Shown here: positions 45,670 to 59,977 of the stretch, piece after piece
How positions within the stretch are numbered: position 1 is the first letter of the stretch
Layout: each line of letters starts with the position of its first letter
Source of the DNA: the human T2T-CHM13v2.0 reference genome, Homo sapiens
Direction: 5' to 3' (one strand)
Assembly: GCF_009914755.1 (NCBI RefSeq)
Contig: NC_060926.1
Length of the DNA stretch: 64,000 bases
Made by a program: the position numbers and the translations under genes
Notes under the pieces: generated by a model
Seen by the model: the letters and a program-made list of their open reading frames with translations, nothing else
Told to the model about the DNA's origin: nothing
The model's database searches: none

Positions 45670-46260
45670 TTGTGGAGAGGTGTGTGGGCTACTGGCAAGG
45701 GTGATTACTTTAGAGTCAGATTAAGTTTGAGAGCTAGTTCTGCCACTAACTAGCTGTGTGATGGGCAGGATAGTCAACCTTTCTAAGTCTCATTTTCCCA
45801 AACTATAAAATAGCAACTGTATTAGTCCGTTTTCATGCTGCTGATAAAGACATACCTGAGACTGGGCAATTTACAAAAAAAAGAGGTTTATTGGACTTAC
45901 AGTTCCACGTGGCTGGGGAGGCCTCACAATCATGGTGGAAGGTGAAAGGCAGGTCTCACGTGGCGGCAGCAAGAGAGAGAACTTGTGCAGGGGAACGCCT
46001 CTTTTTAAAACCATCAGATCTTGTGAGACTTATCCACTATCACAAAAACAGCATGGGAAGGACCTGCCCTTATGATTCAATTACCTCCCACCTGGTCCCT
46101 CCCACAACATGTGGGAATTCAAGATGAGATTTGGGTGGGGACATAGCCAAACCATATCAGCAACAATTATAGAACCCACACTCTAGAACTGTCATAATGA
46201 AACACGATAATCCACAGACAGCATCCAGTCCTGCACTTGGTGCTCAGTGAGGGCTTCACA
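45670..46260 (+). mobile_element. MIR interrupted by THE1
   Basis: ttctgccactaactagctgtgtgatgggcagg...tctaagtctcattttccc. Confidence 0.7.
45818..46159 (-). mobile_element. THE1 (A/B-like) solo LTR
   Basis: tgtattagtccgttttcatgctgctgataaagac...gccaaaccatatca; perfect TSD gcaac at 45813-45817 and 46160-46164. Confidence 0.96.
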
Positions 46261-47686
46261 AGTTGCTGCTGTTACTGTTACTAGTTGTATTGGTTATTTC
46301 ATTCTCCCTGCTGCCCTCCCTAGCTCTGGACCAGGAGTCACTTCTGTTGCCTTGTGGGGAAGGAGAGGAGGACAATGAGCAAAAGAATCCAGAAGGCACA
46401 AAATCCAGCCCTTTGGAGAGAGGAAAGTGAAAGGCAGGAGCAGCTGAAAGGGACAAATTCAGAGAGGATGTGGGTTTAGTGGGGATAAGCACCTGGCACT
46501 TTGTCGCTTTTATTCTTGTCTTATGCCTTTTCCATCATTTTTATGGGCCGGTGTGCAGACATTTGTTGAAAGGACTCTTCCACCTGGATCTCATTGAAAT
46601 CATGCAGCCTTTCTCTTCACTGAATATTTTTCTATCCCAGTAACTATATAAATGTTCCATTTGTGATGTAATTGTTCTGTTTCAGATTTTCTTTCCTAAA
46701 CTAAAAACGAGAGTTACCCCAAACATTCGAGACAATGGCTTGAATGTAATGCTTTGAATGATGAACTTTTCATTTCCAATGGTTTACATTTATTTTTTCT
46801 ATTTAGTGGTCTACCCTCTGGTGCTAGGTGGAGGCTCCAAAGGGCAAGGGTTACATTGAGAGGAGGATGGAGCTGCAGAGACTTACTTTCGATATAAAAA
46901 TTTCCACTTTTTAGAGAGAAGCATGAGCTAAACAGAGGCAGCTTTTACTTGTTTGGAAATGCAATCAGGGTCCTTATTTTAGTTGCTTAATATTTCTACA
47001 CCAAACAACCAGCTTCTGCCAAAATCACTTTTACACAGAAAATACTCTGTTGCATTAACGGGCTATGGCAGTGACTTTTTCTTGAAGCTAATGAACTGTC
47101 ATTCTACTTCTTGGCTCTGCCAAATAACCATGCATGGGAGGAGGAAGGAGGAATCAGGAAAGGGCCAGAGTTTTGCTTAGGCATTTTCAAACATAGAAGA
47201 TGGACCACATCTTGTTCAATGAGGAGATGAGGCTGACTGTTAAGCTGTTTAGTTGTGGTAGATGAAAGGAGGACGGCTTCAAGTGGGTCAAGCCCCATTT
47301 CTCCTATTCACTTATTTATATGGGCTGTAAATCTCGATTTTATTAGCCATAAAATGGGAAGATAATGCCTAGATAGCAGGGCTGGCTGAAGCTTAGCAGA
47401 AATTAGATGTGTGCACAAGTGACCCTTCTCTCAAGCCATTTGTGTGAATGTGATAATATGTATGAGGAATTTTCTTTTTTCACTGGAGGAGAAAGGGGAG
47501 TTTCTATAATAGGTGTCTTTAAATGTAGGGAGCCAAGAGATGGCAGGAGGAAAATGGAAGGGTGGTATGACAACTGTGTCCCATGCCTTGTCCCTTATCC
47601 TGGGCATAAGTTTCCCTGTTCCTGACTCCCCCACCTCTGGCCTAATGAAGTACGGATTGGAGGACAGCATAGCCTTGAAGCCTAGG

Positions 47687-48108
47687 TAGCCAGGTGGCTC
47701 ATGCCTGTTATCCCTGTACTTTGGGAGGCTGAGGCAGGCGGATCACTTGAGGTTGGGAGTTCAAGACCAGCCTGACCAACATGGAGAAACCCCGTCTGTA
47801 CTAAAAATACAAAATTAGCTGGGCACGGTGGCTCACTCCTCTAATCCCTACACTTTGGGAGGCTGAAGCAGGTAGATCATCTGACGTTGGGAGTTCGAGA
47901 CCAGCCTGGCAAACGTGGAGAAACCCCGTCTCTATTAAAAATACAAAATTAGCCAAGCGTGGTGGTGCTTGCCTATAATCCCAGCTACTCAGGAGGCTGA
48001 GGCAGGAGAATCGCTTGAACCCAGGAGGTTGTGGTAAGCCAAGATCGTGCTATTGCACTCCAGCCTGGGCAACAAGAGTGAAACTCCATCTCAAAAAAAA
48101 AAAAAAAA
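47687..48108 (+). mobile_element. Trimeric Alu (left-left-right), AluSp-like
   Basis: Two successive left arms, each ending ggagaaaccccgtc...aaaaatacaaaatt, then one right arm and A-tail. Confidence 0.9.
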
Positions 48109-48682
48109 GAAGTCGTCTAGGTGACAGAAGTCTCACCTGAAGATGAGCAGAGCCACTGTTGCTCATTCCACCAAAAATCTGTTGCACCCTAAGGGCTCAG
48201 GAGAAACACCAGCAGCAAAGTGCTGCTCTCAAATGGCTTGGAGGCCATGAGTGAGCAACTCTGAGGATCCGGAGAGTAGAGGGGTGTGTGTCCTTATTCA
48301 TGAGCCAATCTGAGACAGCTTCTAGGACACCTAGAAGGCAATAAAGGAGACTTCAAGTGATGAGGGTGTGGGGGGATCAGGGCTATTGAAGGCTTGTAGG
48401 TCTACAGGTGGAGGCTTCATTGTAATGGGAGCTCACAAGTTGGTGAGGCCTGGAGACATGTGAAATAGTTGTCCTAGATAAGATTTCAGTGTGAATTTAA
48501 AAAGAGAAAGAGAAAGGCCATGTGAAAGCACTTTGCAAATTTTAGTGTTATAGAAAAGTGCAGAATTGGTATTATGAAGAAGACATTCTGGGATCGAGCA
48601 CAGCCCCTGTTAGGGTGGCTCTGCCAAGGCCAGACTCACGTGAGAGGTATCAGGTAACAGGGATACCGAAATGCTCCCCAAA

Positions 48683-48992
48683 GGCCAGGTGTGGTGGCTC
48701 ACGTCTGTAATCCCAGCACTTTGCAAGGCCGAGGCGGGTGGATCACCTGAAGTCGGGAGTTTGAGACCAGCCTGGCCAATATGGCGAAACCCTGTCTCTA
48801 CTAAAAATACAAAAATTAACCGGGCATGGTGGCGTGCACCTGTAGTCCCAGCTACTTGGGAGACTGAGGCAGAAGAATCATTTGAACCCAGGAGGCGGAG
48901 GCTGCGGTGAGTGGAGATTGCACCACTACACTCCAGCCTGGGCGACAGAGTGAGACTCTGTCTCATTGAAAAAAAAAAAAAAGTAAAAGAAA
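48683..48992 (+). mobile_element. AluS
   Basis: Full dimer; TSD gaaatgctcc. Confidence 0.96.
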
Positions 48993-49925
48993 GAAATGCT
49001 CCTTGCGGCAATACATGGGAATTTTGTTGAGCACCTGCTGTGTCCTCAGAATTCTTTCATCTGCTTAGGATTCAAATATAATTAATTCTCAGTCTCTGTT
49101 CTTCAGCAGCTCACTGTCCAAAGGGAGTCTCTCTCCCCGGTCCACATGCTGAGGCTTGCTCCAGAGTGAATGTGTGCACTGGAAAGAACCCACACAGGCC
49201 CCCTGAGAGCTGTCAGCCTTGCCAGGCTTCTGTGAGATCCCTGGGTCCGAGTAGCCAAGCTGGGAGGAGCACCATTTGCCCACTGACTCTTGGGCAACGC
49301 TGCAGCCTGCATCCCAGCCGGCAGAAGGCAGGTGGTATCACAGCTGAGTTTACAGCCACGGAAGGAATCACTGTAGGCTTTTAGTAGATAATATGTTTTC
49401 TCTGCTTCAGATCCTTATTTTGGTTGCTTAAAATTTCTGCAGAAAACAAACAGCTTCTGCCAAAATTGGCTCACAAAATTAGCTTACTAGTATAATCAGT
49501 TGTATAGCAAGTATTTACTGAGTAGCTCTTGGAAGGCAGTCAACACAAGAGGGATGGATCATTCTTCCAGTTCATCACACGTGGGTTGGACATGCTAACA
49601 GTCCCCGATAGCTATCAGGCGGGTAAATGGATGATCACACAAAGGCAGAGGCATCGCAGAAGGATGCTAACTAGATGTCATGCGTCAAGGATACTACAGA
49701 AGGATCTCTTTGCTGACAAGGAGGGTACCTCTAAGGTTCCTTCAGATGGGATGGTTCTCTGTTCACCGTGATCACTACTATGCAAAGGCCTGTGGGCCAT
49801 TTAGGAGAAAAGCATTCAGTCCAATTCCACAGACACAGTGAGGATGTAATATGCCCTAGGCATATATGAGTGGATCCAAGGAGGAAATACTCAGTCACTA
49901 CTGTCAAGAACTCATGACCTGCTGC

Positions 49926-50144
49926 AGGGTTTGCCAAACTATGGCTTGTGGGCCAATCTGGCTCACCACCTATTTTAGTAAATAATGTTTTACTGGAATC
50001 CAGACACGCTTGTTTGATTACATATTGTCTATGGCTGCTGAGCACCCACTATAAGGGCAAAGTTAAGTAGATAGAGACTTTATCACCCACAAAACCTAAA
50101 ATATTTGACTGGATGGCCCTCTACAGAAAAAGCCTGCGAACCTG
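49926..50144 (+). mobile_element. MER58A (hAT-Charlie)
   Basis: cagggtttgccaaactatggc...catattgtctatggctgc...cctaaaatattt...cagaaaaagcctgcgaacctg. Confidence 0.85.
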
Positions 50145-50879
50145 TGGTCTTGTGGGAGGACACTGCTGGGCACAGTTAACTCTAATTCTTGGCTGTAGCA
50201 TCTTGAATAGGGTGGCAGTCCCTGGCTGCTGAGGGGGACAGCTGGACGGCTGCCTCCCAGGGGCATTTCCATGACTTGCAGGCCCAGAAACTAGACTTGG
50301 GCATGACCACAGAGTTCTTGATGGACTGAAGATGCCCAAACCACAGACTGACTTGTAGGCTAGAAATGAACATGTGGGGTGGAATAGTCCTTTTGGGGAC
50401 TAGAATAATTTCTAGAGAGCCACCCTTTCTACATGATACGGCGCACATTCAAGTGTGGCTACTTACACTGAGACTTTCTGATGAGCACGACTAGACAGCA
50501 GGGGGCCCCCAGGATAGTTTGTTCAGGTCAAGGTAAGATGAGAGGAGAAACTAGCCCTGTCCCTTGCTGGACACCACCACTCCAGTGCCTGAAATCCAAC
50601 CTCCCCACCCCCATCAGCATTCCTCCCCTGGAAAAGATTGGAAAATGCAAGAATGTGCTTCTTTGACTCTGGCCTTCCTCTAACAGCCCTGCTTCTGTTA
50701 ACACAGCCTTTCTGCAGCTTCCTTGACGTCACTGGCTACAGGCTACAGCTGTTGCTAGTCAAAGGCATTGTTCCTTTGAGCTAGCAGGCACTTTGTTCTC
50801 TCCCATGACACATTGTTTTATGAGCTCACTCTAGAGGAGAAACATTCTATCCCTGTGCTCAAGTTCTTCAGGAGCACCT

Positions 50880-52130
50880 CACTGTCTCCCTCTGCCCACC
50901 CACCTGCACCTGACAGCTGTGGGCTGTGCTCTCATGGAGGCACCGTCAGATGCTACCAGACTACAGAGGAGAGCACCCTCAATCCTGACTGAAGGTTTGG
51001 GAAAAGGCTGCTCAGAAGAGGTGATACTTGATATGGGCCCTGGAGGAGGAGAAGCAGTTTGAGAAGACAGCAGTGAGAGATGGCATCCGGGCAGGCGAGA
51101 AATGTCAGTGGTCATGGAGGCAGCATGAAGGGACTGTTGGCTGCAGAAACCTGGCAAGGCTCTTAGAGACAGAGACGAAGAGGGAGATGGGGCTGGAGAT
51201 GGAGATGATAGAGACAGAAAGATTGAAGATGGCAGAGTGGGGGCTATGGGGAAGGGTGATGAAGCAGGAAAGATAGATCGAACGAGACTGCGAGGAGCCT
51301 GTGTGCCTGGGCTTTATTTTGGAGGCAATGAGAAACAGAAAGTGTTTTTGAGCATGATGGGACAATGAGGAGTTCTGTGGTTTAGGAAACCCAGCAGTCA
51401 CGGGAAGTGCAGATTCAAAGTAAGAAAACGTCCCAGGGTTTGGTGATGATCTTGGTGGGAAGTGACACAGGGGTAGTGGGGATGGAATTGAAAGAAAGGA
51501 TGAACTTCCAGAGTATGGCTGTGCTCAGTAGACAGGAATCAGGGAGGGCAGGAGGAGAGTAAAAGGGTCCTCTGAGCTTAAATCCAGATGTTGAGGAGAT
51601 GGTGGTACTATCAATGGAGGTGGAGCTCTTAAGAGGAAGAAAGATGGGAAAGAAAAGGATGAGGTTTTTGACAAGTTGAATATGGGGTGAGCATGGGTCC
51701 AACTGAAAGCAGTGGAAATATAGACGTGAAAAATAGATGCGGTAGAGTTGAAAAGTTGGGGATAATTTTCACCTGAATGTTACCTAAGGCAAAGGGAAGA
51801 GAGGTCATCCAGGACAAAAGTACAGAATGAAAAGAAAAAGCAACTAAGCACGAAATCTTGGAGAATGTCCTCATTGAAGGGTGAGCAGATGAAGAGGAGC
51901 CCACAAAAGAGACTGAGGAATTGTCTTCATTCACTCATTCATGCATGTATTCATTTGGTCAACAAATATTTTTTGGCACCTCCCATGGACAGGTCCTGAG
52001 CACCAAGGGTACAGTCAGAAATGATGAATCCAGAAATGATGCCCTCCAGAACTTCTGGTGAGGAAGGCACTCAGGAAAATGCAGCACCCTATGGAGGCCC
52101 AGAAAGGAGGGCATTCAGGAAGAACACAGT
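50880..52130 (-). mobile_element. L2 fragments
   Basis: Antisense L2 body; cattcactcattcatgc...caacaaatattttttggcacc. Confidence 0.7.
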
Positions 52131-52142
52131 CTGATGGTGTCA

Positions 52143-52616
<474 letters not shown>

Positions 52617-54169
52617 TTAGAAAGCAGAGTGAATGCCGACCTAATCAGGTTTACCTCCATTGCCATAGCAACCTCTGGGACTCACTTTGGTGCACATTCT
52701 TGAGACCTGAAGTGAAGAAGTTAACTTTATATCAAGTTACCTACCAATTAGGCTAGCGATTTCTCTGTCTTTTAAAACATTCTTTTAAAGTCTTGTCATG
52801 TTTCATCTTTCTAGAGTTCATTTTTCACATCTTCATTCACTGGGATTCTGGACCATAATATATGTAAACACACAAAATACTAAAGATTGAAAATACAATT
52901 ATTCTGTTTTCTGATTATTAAAGTGGTCATTGTTAAAAAAAAAAAGACTTGGAAAATACAATATAAAGTAGAAAATACAAATCACTCATTTCCCCACCAC
53001 TCTTAGTATTCTGTTGTTTTTCTTCCCAATCCTGTTTCTAGACACATTTGATGACATTTAAACATATTTTTATTGTGAATATACAGTTTCATATATGGTT
53101 TTGTTTGCTAACTAATTATATCATGGACATTTCCCCATGCCACTAAAATAACTATAAAATCATTTCATTATTCATAAGCTTCACATTTTAGCCCTTCCTC
53201 TATTTTAATGCAGCAATTGTCCACCTTTATACATAAATATTTGTTCCTGAATCTTAAAAGTAGTCAAATTCGTTCACACTTCAAAATTATTTTTGTATTT
53301 ACTTTTTCTTAGAATCTTTGTGTTTAATGTCTCATTCATTTCAAAGAGCAATATTAATACAATTGAAAGTGATCACAGCATCTTTTGTCTCCAAATGCAA
53401 GTTATTTTGTAATGTGATCTAATTTTATTTTGTAAACTCCATTATTAAGAAATTTGACCCAAATTTGAGAAATGATAGTTACTCTTGACTCATACCATTC
53501 AGCCCTAGGTTTCCATCAATGCTTGTTTGAATTCCATGGGTATAGCACTGGTGGAACTGCTTTTTCAGATTTTTAGATTTGTCAGAGAATATTAATCCTT
53601 AACCTAAGTTTTTTTTCCCTGATTTCTCTCTTTACATTTATTTGTTTTCTTAGTTTCATTATGATATATGAAACTAACATATCCTTTGTATGAGGATTCA
53701 GTGGTTACATCTGAAAGCAAACAGGAAGTTATTATTTTGCTTGTTAGAAAAATTCACTTCCCTTAATGTAGCTTTTCCCATTATTTTACTCTCAAACATT
53801 TGGTGTACTTCTGTTTTACATGTGTTTCTTGTAAGAAGAATATGGTTGGATTTTTAAAAATTAACTATCTTTCAGCTGACAAGCGTAATTCTTTTTTATT
53901 TAATTATGATCATTGATATATTTGGATTTATTTTCACCATCTTTTTACACTTTCTATTTGATGAAATTCCTACTCCATTTTTTTCTCCTCCAATATTTTG
54001 GAATGTATAGATTCTAATTTTTTAATAGTTAAAGTTATTAATTAGATTCAGCCTCCTTCTAAAACCTAGAGTATTTTAACTCTTTCTCAGCTTATAAGCT
54101 AGTATTGTCCAGTATTTTATTTCTATTAAAAAGTCTTGTGAAATGTATCATATATAGAAAAGTTTACAA

Positions 54170-54205
54170 CATGCATGTATGTATATGCATGTTTGCGTGC
54201 GCGCA

Positions 54206-54247
<42 letters not shown>
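54170..54247. repeat. Alternating purine-pyrimidine tract, (GC)-rich then (CA)n
   Basis: tgcgtgcgcgcacgcgcacacacac... Confidence 0.95.
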
Positions 54248-55164
54248 TTCATATATTTACCATTTTAAGAAATAGACTATGACCTCTGCTTTAGAAGCTC
54301 ATCTCTCCCAACCTCTGACTTTTATAACTTTACAAGTTAGATTTATTAGTGTTGATATTTATTTAGATGTATCCATGTGACTACAAATGTCTTTGATCAC
54401 GTGGTTATCTTTCTTACAACTTACAGTTCACATCTCCTTTCTGGAGAAGTATATATATCCTTCTTTCCAAGGTATATATATCCTCAAGAAGTTCCTTTAC
54501 TAAGAATCTGTCCAGAGTAAATTATCTTGGCTTTTGTTCACCTAAATATATTCTATTGCATCCTCATGAAAGATAAGTTTTACTGGGTATCCAACTGTAA
54601 ACTGAAACATTTTTCCTAGCACTTTGAAGACATCATCTTGTAATCTTTTGGTTTCTGCTCTGTTCATATGAAGTTAGATGTAAAACAGGAAAGCTGTCTT
54701 TTTCTCTAGCTGTTTTTAAGCTATTAAATTTGTCTTTAATGTTCTTTCATTTCACCAGGATAAGTCTGGGTGTGAATATTTTTTAGAATTTTTTGTACTT
54801 CCTAAATATAAGGAACCATACAAATTATTGAATATTGTTTCCATCTCATTTTCTCTAGTCACTCTTTCTGGAACTTTCATTAGATGAATGTGAACACTTC
54901 TTAAACTTTCATGTGTATATCATGATATCCTTTTTCTCTCTCTCAACTATATTCTAAGTCGTTTTGTCTCATCCAACTTTCAATTTATTAATTATACATT
55001 TCATTTCTAATTCGTTAGTCAACTCATATGTTGAATTTTAAAATTCAACTATTTTACTTTCAGAAGTTAATCTTTTTTGATGTTTATAAGAGTATTTTGT
55101 TCCTTGCTTATGTTTTAAAGTTTTTTTAAATATTGAAAACATATTTATTTATAAGGTATGGTTT

Positions 55165-55354
55165 TCTGGCACACTCTCGGTTTTCGTAGATATAGTTTTA
55201 TTAAAACACAGGCAAGCCCATTCATTTGCATACTGCCCATGGCTGCTTTTACAGTAGAATAGCAAGGCTGAATCTTTGTGACAGAGACTGCATGGCTTGC
55301 AAAGCCTAAAATGTATACTATCTGGCCTTTTAGAGAAAAGTTTGCTAACCTTGC
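55165..55354 (+). mobile_element. MER58A
   Basis: gttttattaaaacacaggc...aagcctaaaatgtatactatctggcc...aagtttgctaaccttg. Confidence 0.85.
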
Positions 55355-56314
55355 TCTACGTGATAATTCCAACCCAAAGCCTGAATGTCTGATTCTACTG
55401 TTTGATGTTTCTAACCCTGTCTGATGATGTCTTACTACATGGGTGGTCTTGTGATTTTTTTTAAAAATTGTGAGCTCATTTTTGTTGAGGCACTAGCTGT
55501 GAGAATTTTATGAGGCTTGAATTGGAGAACATTCCTTCTATTTGTGTTTACCTTTGCCAAGTGTCTCGTCATTTTAAATTTTTTTTTTGGTTTGTTTGTT
55601 TAAAATATAGTTTCAGAATAGGTACACAGAGTGAATTTGAACCCAGGCTTGAGGCCTGACTGGTGATTATTTATAATTTCTGGTAGGGGGTAGGAACTTT
55701 TATTTTTTCTTCCAACCAAAATCAAGGCTAAGATGCAAAATCTTCTTTGCTATTTCCTTTGCATGGCGAACATTTTCTAATTCACTATTTTATTGGGAAT
55801 GTGGGCCTTTCGGGACTCATTCCAAAGTCTCCATGCTGACACTGCACTGCTTTGTCGCCTGCCTCTCCTGTCCCCCTTCCCCCGACACGGATGTAAAAAC
55901 TGAAAGCTCTAATTTACAAAACACTGGCAAATGCCCTCAGGGTCTGATGCCTGCTCCAGTGAATATTTACCATGCTCATTCTGAATTCTGGCTTCCAACT
56001 TCATTTTTGGCCTCTGGGGATTAAGATACTTTAATTTCTTGCCAAGTTAGCTACTCATTTTATCCAGCATTTTAAAGGTGCTTTTTGGGGGAGAATTTTC
56101 AGGATACAGAGTCTGTCATATTGCTGGAAGTAAACATCAGGAAATTTTTAAATGAAAAAAAACACACAATTCGGAAAATGGAAATAGAAAAGTTTCATAA
56201 CATTCCAACATGGTTCCAAGTCTACCTAATGTTTATTTATATCCGAGTTATGAGTGTTGTCTCTGGAGTCAGACAACCTCGGTTTGGAATCAGGCTCTGC
56301 CGCTTACTACTGCT

Positions 56315-56862
56315 AGAGGTGAGGGTGGGCAAACTTTTTCTGTGAAGGGCTGGATGGTAAGTACAGTTGTCCCTCAGTACGCATAGGGGATTCATTCCAG
56401 GACACCCCATGGATAACAACATCCATGGATGCTCAAGTCGCTGATATAAAATGGCCTAGTATTTGCATATAACCTATGCACATCCTCTCGTATACTTTAA
56501 ATCATCTCTAGATTACTTATAATACCTAATACAATATAAATGCTATGCAAAGAGTTACTGTGTTGTATTGTTTTTAATTTATATTATTTTTACTGTATTG
56601 CTTTTTTATTTTTGTTTTCAAACATTTTTGATCCTTTGTTGGTTGAATCGACAAATGTGGAACCCTCACATATGGAGGGCCGACTGTATTTTGAGCTTTG
56701 CAAGCCATATGCAACTACTCAACTCAGCCACTGTATCACGAAAACAGCCATAATTATGTAATGTGTAATGAATGGGCATGGCTGTGTTCCAATAAAACTT
56801 TATTTACAAAAGCAGGCACTTAGCTGGATTTGAACTTCAGGCTATAGATTGCACACCCCTGG
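56315..56862 (-). mobile_element. MER58A interrupted by MER2
   Basis: ggtgggcaaactttttctgtgaagggc...ggctgtgttccaataaaactttatttacaaaagcagg...cacacccctg. Confidence 0.88.
56364..56686 (+). mobile_element. MER2 (Tigger-family MITE)
   Basis: ta|cagttgtccctcagtac...tatggagggccgactg|ta; TA TSDs and terminal inverted repeats. Confidence 0.92.
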
Positions 56863-56966
56863 CCTTGTACAAGTTAATAAATCTCTTTAAGCATCAGTTG
56901 TTTCATCTCTAAAATGGAGAAAATAATAACTGTGTCATCCATAGGTTGTTTGAGCATTAGTGAATT

Positions 56967-57590
56967 TGTCAGAGGCATTTGAACCATAGCAATTCCATCT
57001 TAAATAGGGGTAAAATGAGACTGAGACCTGCTGGGCTGCATTCCCAGGAGACTAGGCATTCTTAGTCACAGGATGAGAGAGGAGATCAGCACAAGATACA
57101 GGTCACAAAGGCCCTGCTGATAAAACGGGATGTCATAAGAAAGCCCACCAAAACCCACCAAAACCAAGATGGCGATGAAAGTGACCTCTAGTTGTCCTTA
57201 CTGCTCATTATATGTGAATTATTAATGTATTAGCATACTAAAAGACACTCCCACCAGTACTGTGACAATTTACAAATGCCATGGCAACGTTTGGGAGTTA
57301 CCCTACGTAGTCTAAAAAGGGGAGGGACTCTTAGTTCCAAGAAATCTCCACCCCTTTTCCCCCGGCAAGCTTATGAATAACCCACCCCTTGTTTAGCATA
57401 TAGTCGAGAAATAACTGTATTTAGTCAAGCAGCCCATGCCACGTCTCTGCCTATAGGGTAGCCATTCTTCTGTTTATTTCTCGAATAAACTTGCTTTCAC
57501 TTTACTCTATGGACTTGCCCTGAACTCTTTCTTGCTCGAGGTCCAAGAGCTCTCTCTTCAGGTCTGGATCAGGACTCCTTTCCAGTAACA
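56967..57590 (+). mobile_element. MER41B solo LTR (ERV1)
   Basis: tgtcagaggcatttgaacc...tttccagtaaca; B-type segment ctgctcattata...gcatactaaaagacactccc; 4-bp TSD aatt at 56963-56966 and 57591-57594. Confidence 0.92.
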
Positions 57591-57744
57591 AATTCATGTA
57601 AGTGCTAATGTTAGCTATGATGTCACTGCTGGAAGTGATGATGATGATTTGAAACCAGTTTCTTGATTTTTTAAGATCATAAGGTGTCTCGTCTTCAAAT
57701 CATTTAAATACATCCAATGTAGCTTCCTATGCTGCTACTGATGA

Positions 57745-58055
57745 CACACAGTAGAAAGCTAACAATACTGCAGTAACGAACGACCCCCAAATCTCAGTGG
57801 CTTTAAAGAACTCAGATTTAAGTTTTGCTCATACTACATTCCATCGCACAGGTTAATGAGGGGTTCTCCTCACTGTCATTCCTCTGGGGCCCAGGCTCAT
57901 CGAGCAGCCACCATCTTGAAATCACTGGTCACTACAGGGGAAAGGAGCTTTGAAGGGTCTTTAAACAACAATTAAATGCTTGGTCTGCAAGTGAAGTGTT
58001 ATTTCTGTGTGCAGTTCACAGTCAGAGTTGGTCACATCTTTCTCTCCCACTAGCT
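57745..58055 (-). mobile_element. Old MaLR LTR (MLT1J/K-like)
   Basis: actgcagtaacgaacgacccccaaatctcagtggctttaaag...gagcagccaccatctt. Confidence 0.65.
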
Positions 58056-58059
58056 TATT

Positions 58060-58403
58060 GCTTGGGTTTCTGGGCGTGTTGTCACAGACAAGCTTCATCT
58101 GTTGGCTCCTCCAAGGAGTGCCTAGAAATTCAGAGCTACTCACCCAGGGCCATATGCTTCCCAGGGCAGCCCACATCCAGGGAATGCTTCCTGTGTGGGT
58201 AGAAGCCCAGCCCTTTCAGCCTGATGTGGGACAATTTTGGGATTTGGCTCAGCCTGTTGTTTGGCAACTTGACTTCTCCCTCTGCCCAATCCTGCTTTCC
58301 TCTTTTCCTTTCCACAGGGATTGTTCCCAAGGATGTTCATTAATAAGCATCCTGTACACTAAACTCCATCTCAGGGTTCTTCTCCAAAAACCCAGTCGTG
58401 ACA
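58060..58403 (+). mobile_element. LTR16 (ERVL) fragment
   Basis: gacttctccctctgcccaatcctgcttt...taataagcatcctgtacactaaactccatctcagggt. Confidence 0.75.
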
Positions 58404-58524
58404 TTCACCATGTGCCCAAGAGAGAGAAGGCTGGACTATCTCCTGAGGAACACCAAGGACTACCTCACTCACTAAAGTGAACACAGTTAGCCCTTATAGA
58501 TGGGAGAGACTAAGATCACAACCA

Positions 58525-58900
58525 TGATAATAGCTAATATTTATTAAGCACTTACCTGCCGCATGCTGCACTAAAATACGTTACTTGGATTTGCTCATTT
58601 AATCTTCACAGTGCCCTATGTATTAAAACAGGGGATTAGACTAGGGAATGAGAAGCTACGGCCTGCAGACCAAATCTGCCCACGCCTATGCCTTATGCAT
58701 TGTCTATGGCTACTTTCATGCTGTAACTGCATAGCTGAGTTGTTGTGACAGACACTGCATGACCCACAAAGTTGAAAATATTTACTATCTAGTCCTTTTC
58801 AGAAAAGGCTTGCCGAATCCTGTTTTAGGTATTATTTCCATTTTACAGGTAACAAAATTTAAGCTTGCAGAAGTGTGTGGTTTATTAAATCACAGAATGT
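58525..58900 (-). mobile_element. MIR with MER58A (about 58640-58822) inside
   Basis: gctaatatttattaagcacttacc...atttaatcttcaca; ctacggcctgcagaccaaatctg...aaaatatttactatctag; ccattttacaggtaac. Confidence 0.8.
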
Positions 58901-58913
58901 CAATTTTTAGTCA

Positions 58914-59977
<1,064 letters not shown>

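Larger units (their letters stand above)
52900..56130 (-). mobile_element. Highly diverged L1ME-type fragments, antisense
   Basis: T-rich; gtgtttcttgtaagaagaatatggttggatttt, ttttcctagcactttgaagacatcatc, ctttctggaactttcattagatg. Confidence 0.6.
56250..57620 (+). mobile_element. MIR hosting MER58A/MER2 and MER41B
   Basis: tctggagtcagacaacctcggtttggaatcaggctctgccgcttact (56262-56308); resumes ccttgtacaagttaa...catctctaaaatggag (56863-56966) and again after 57594. Confidence 0.8.
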
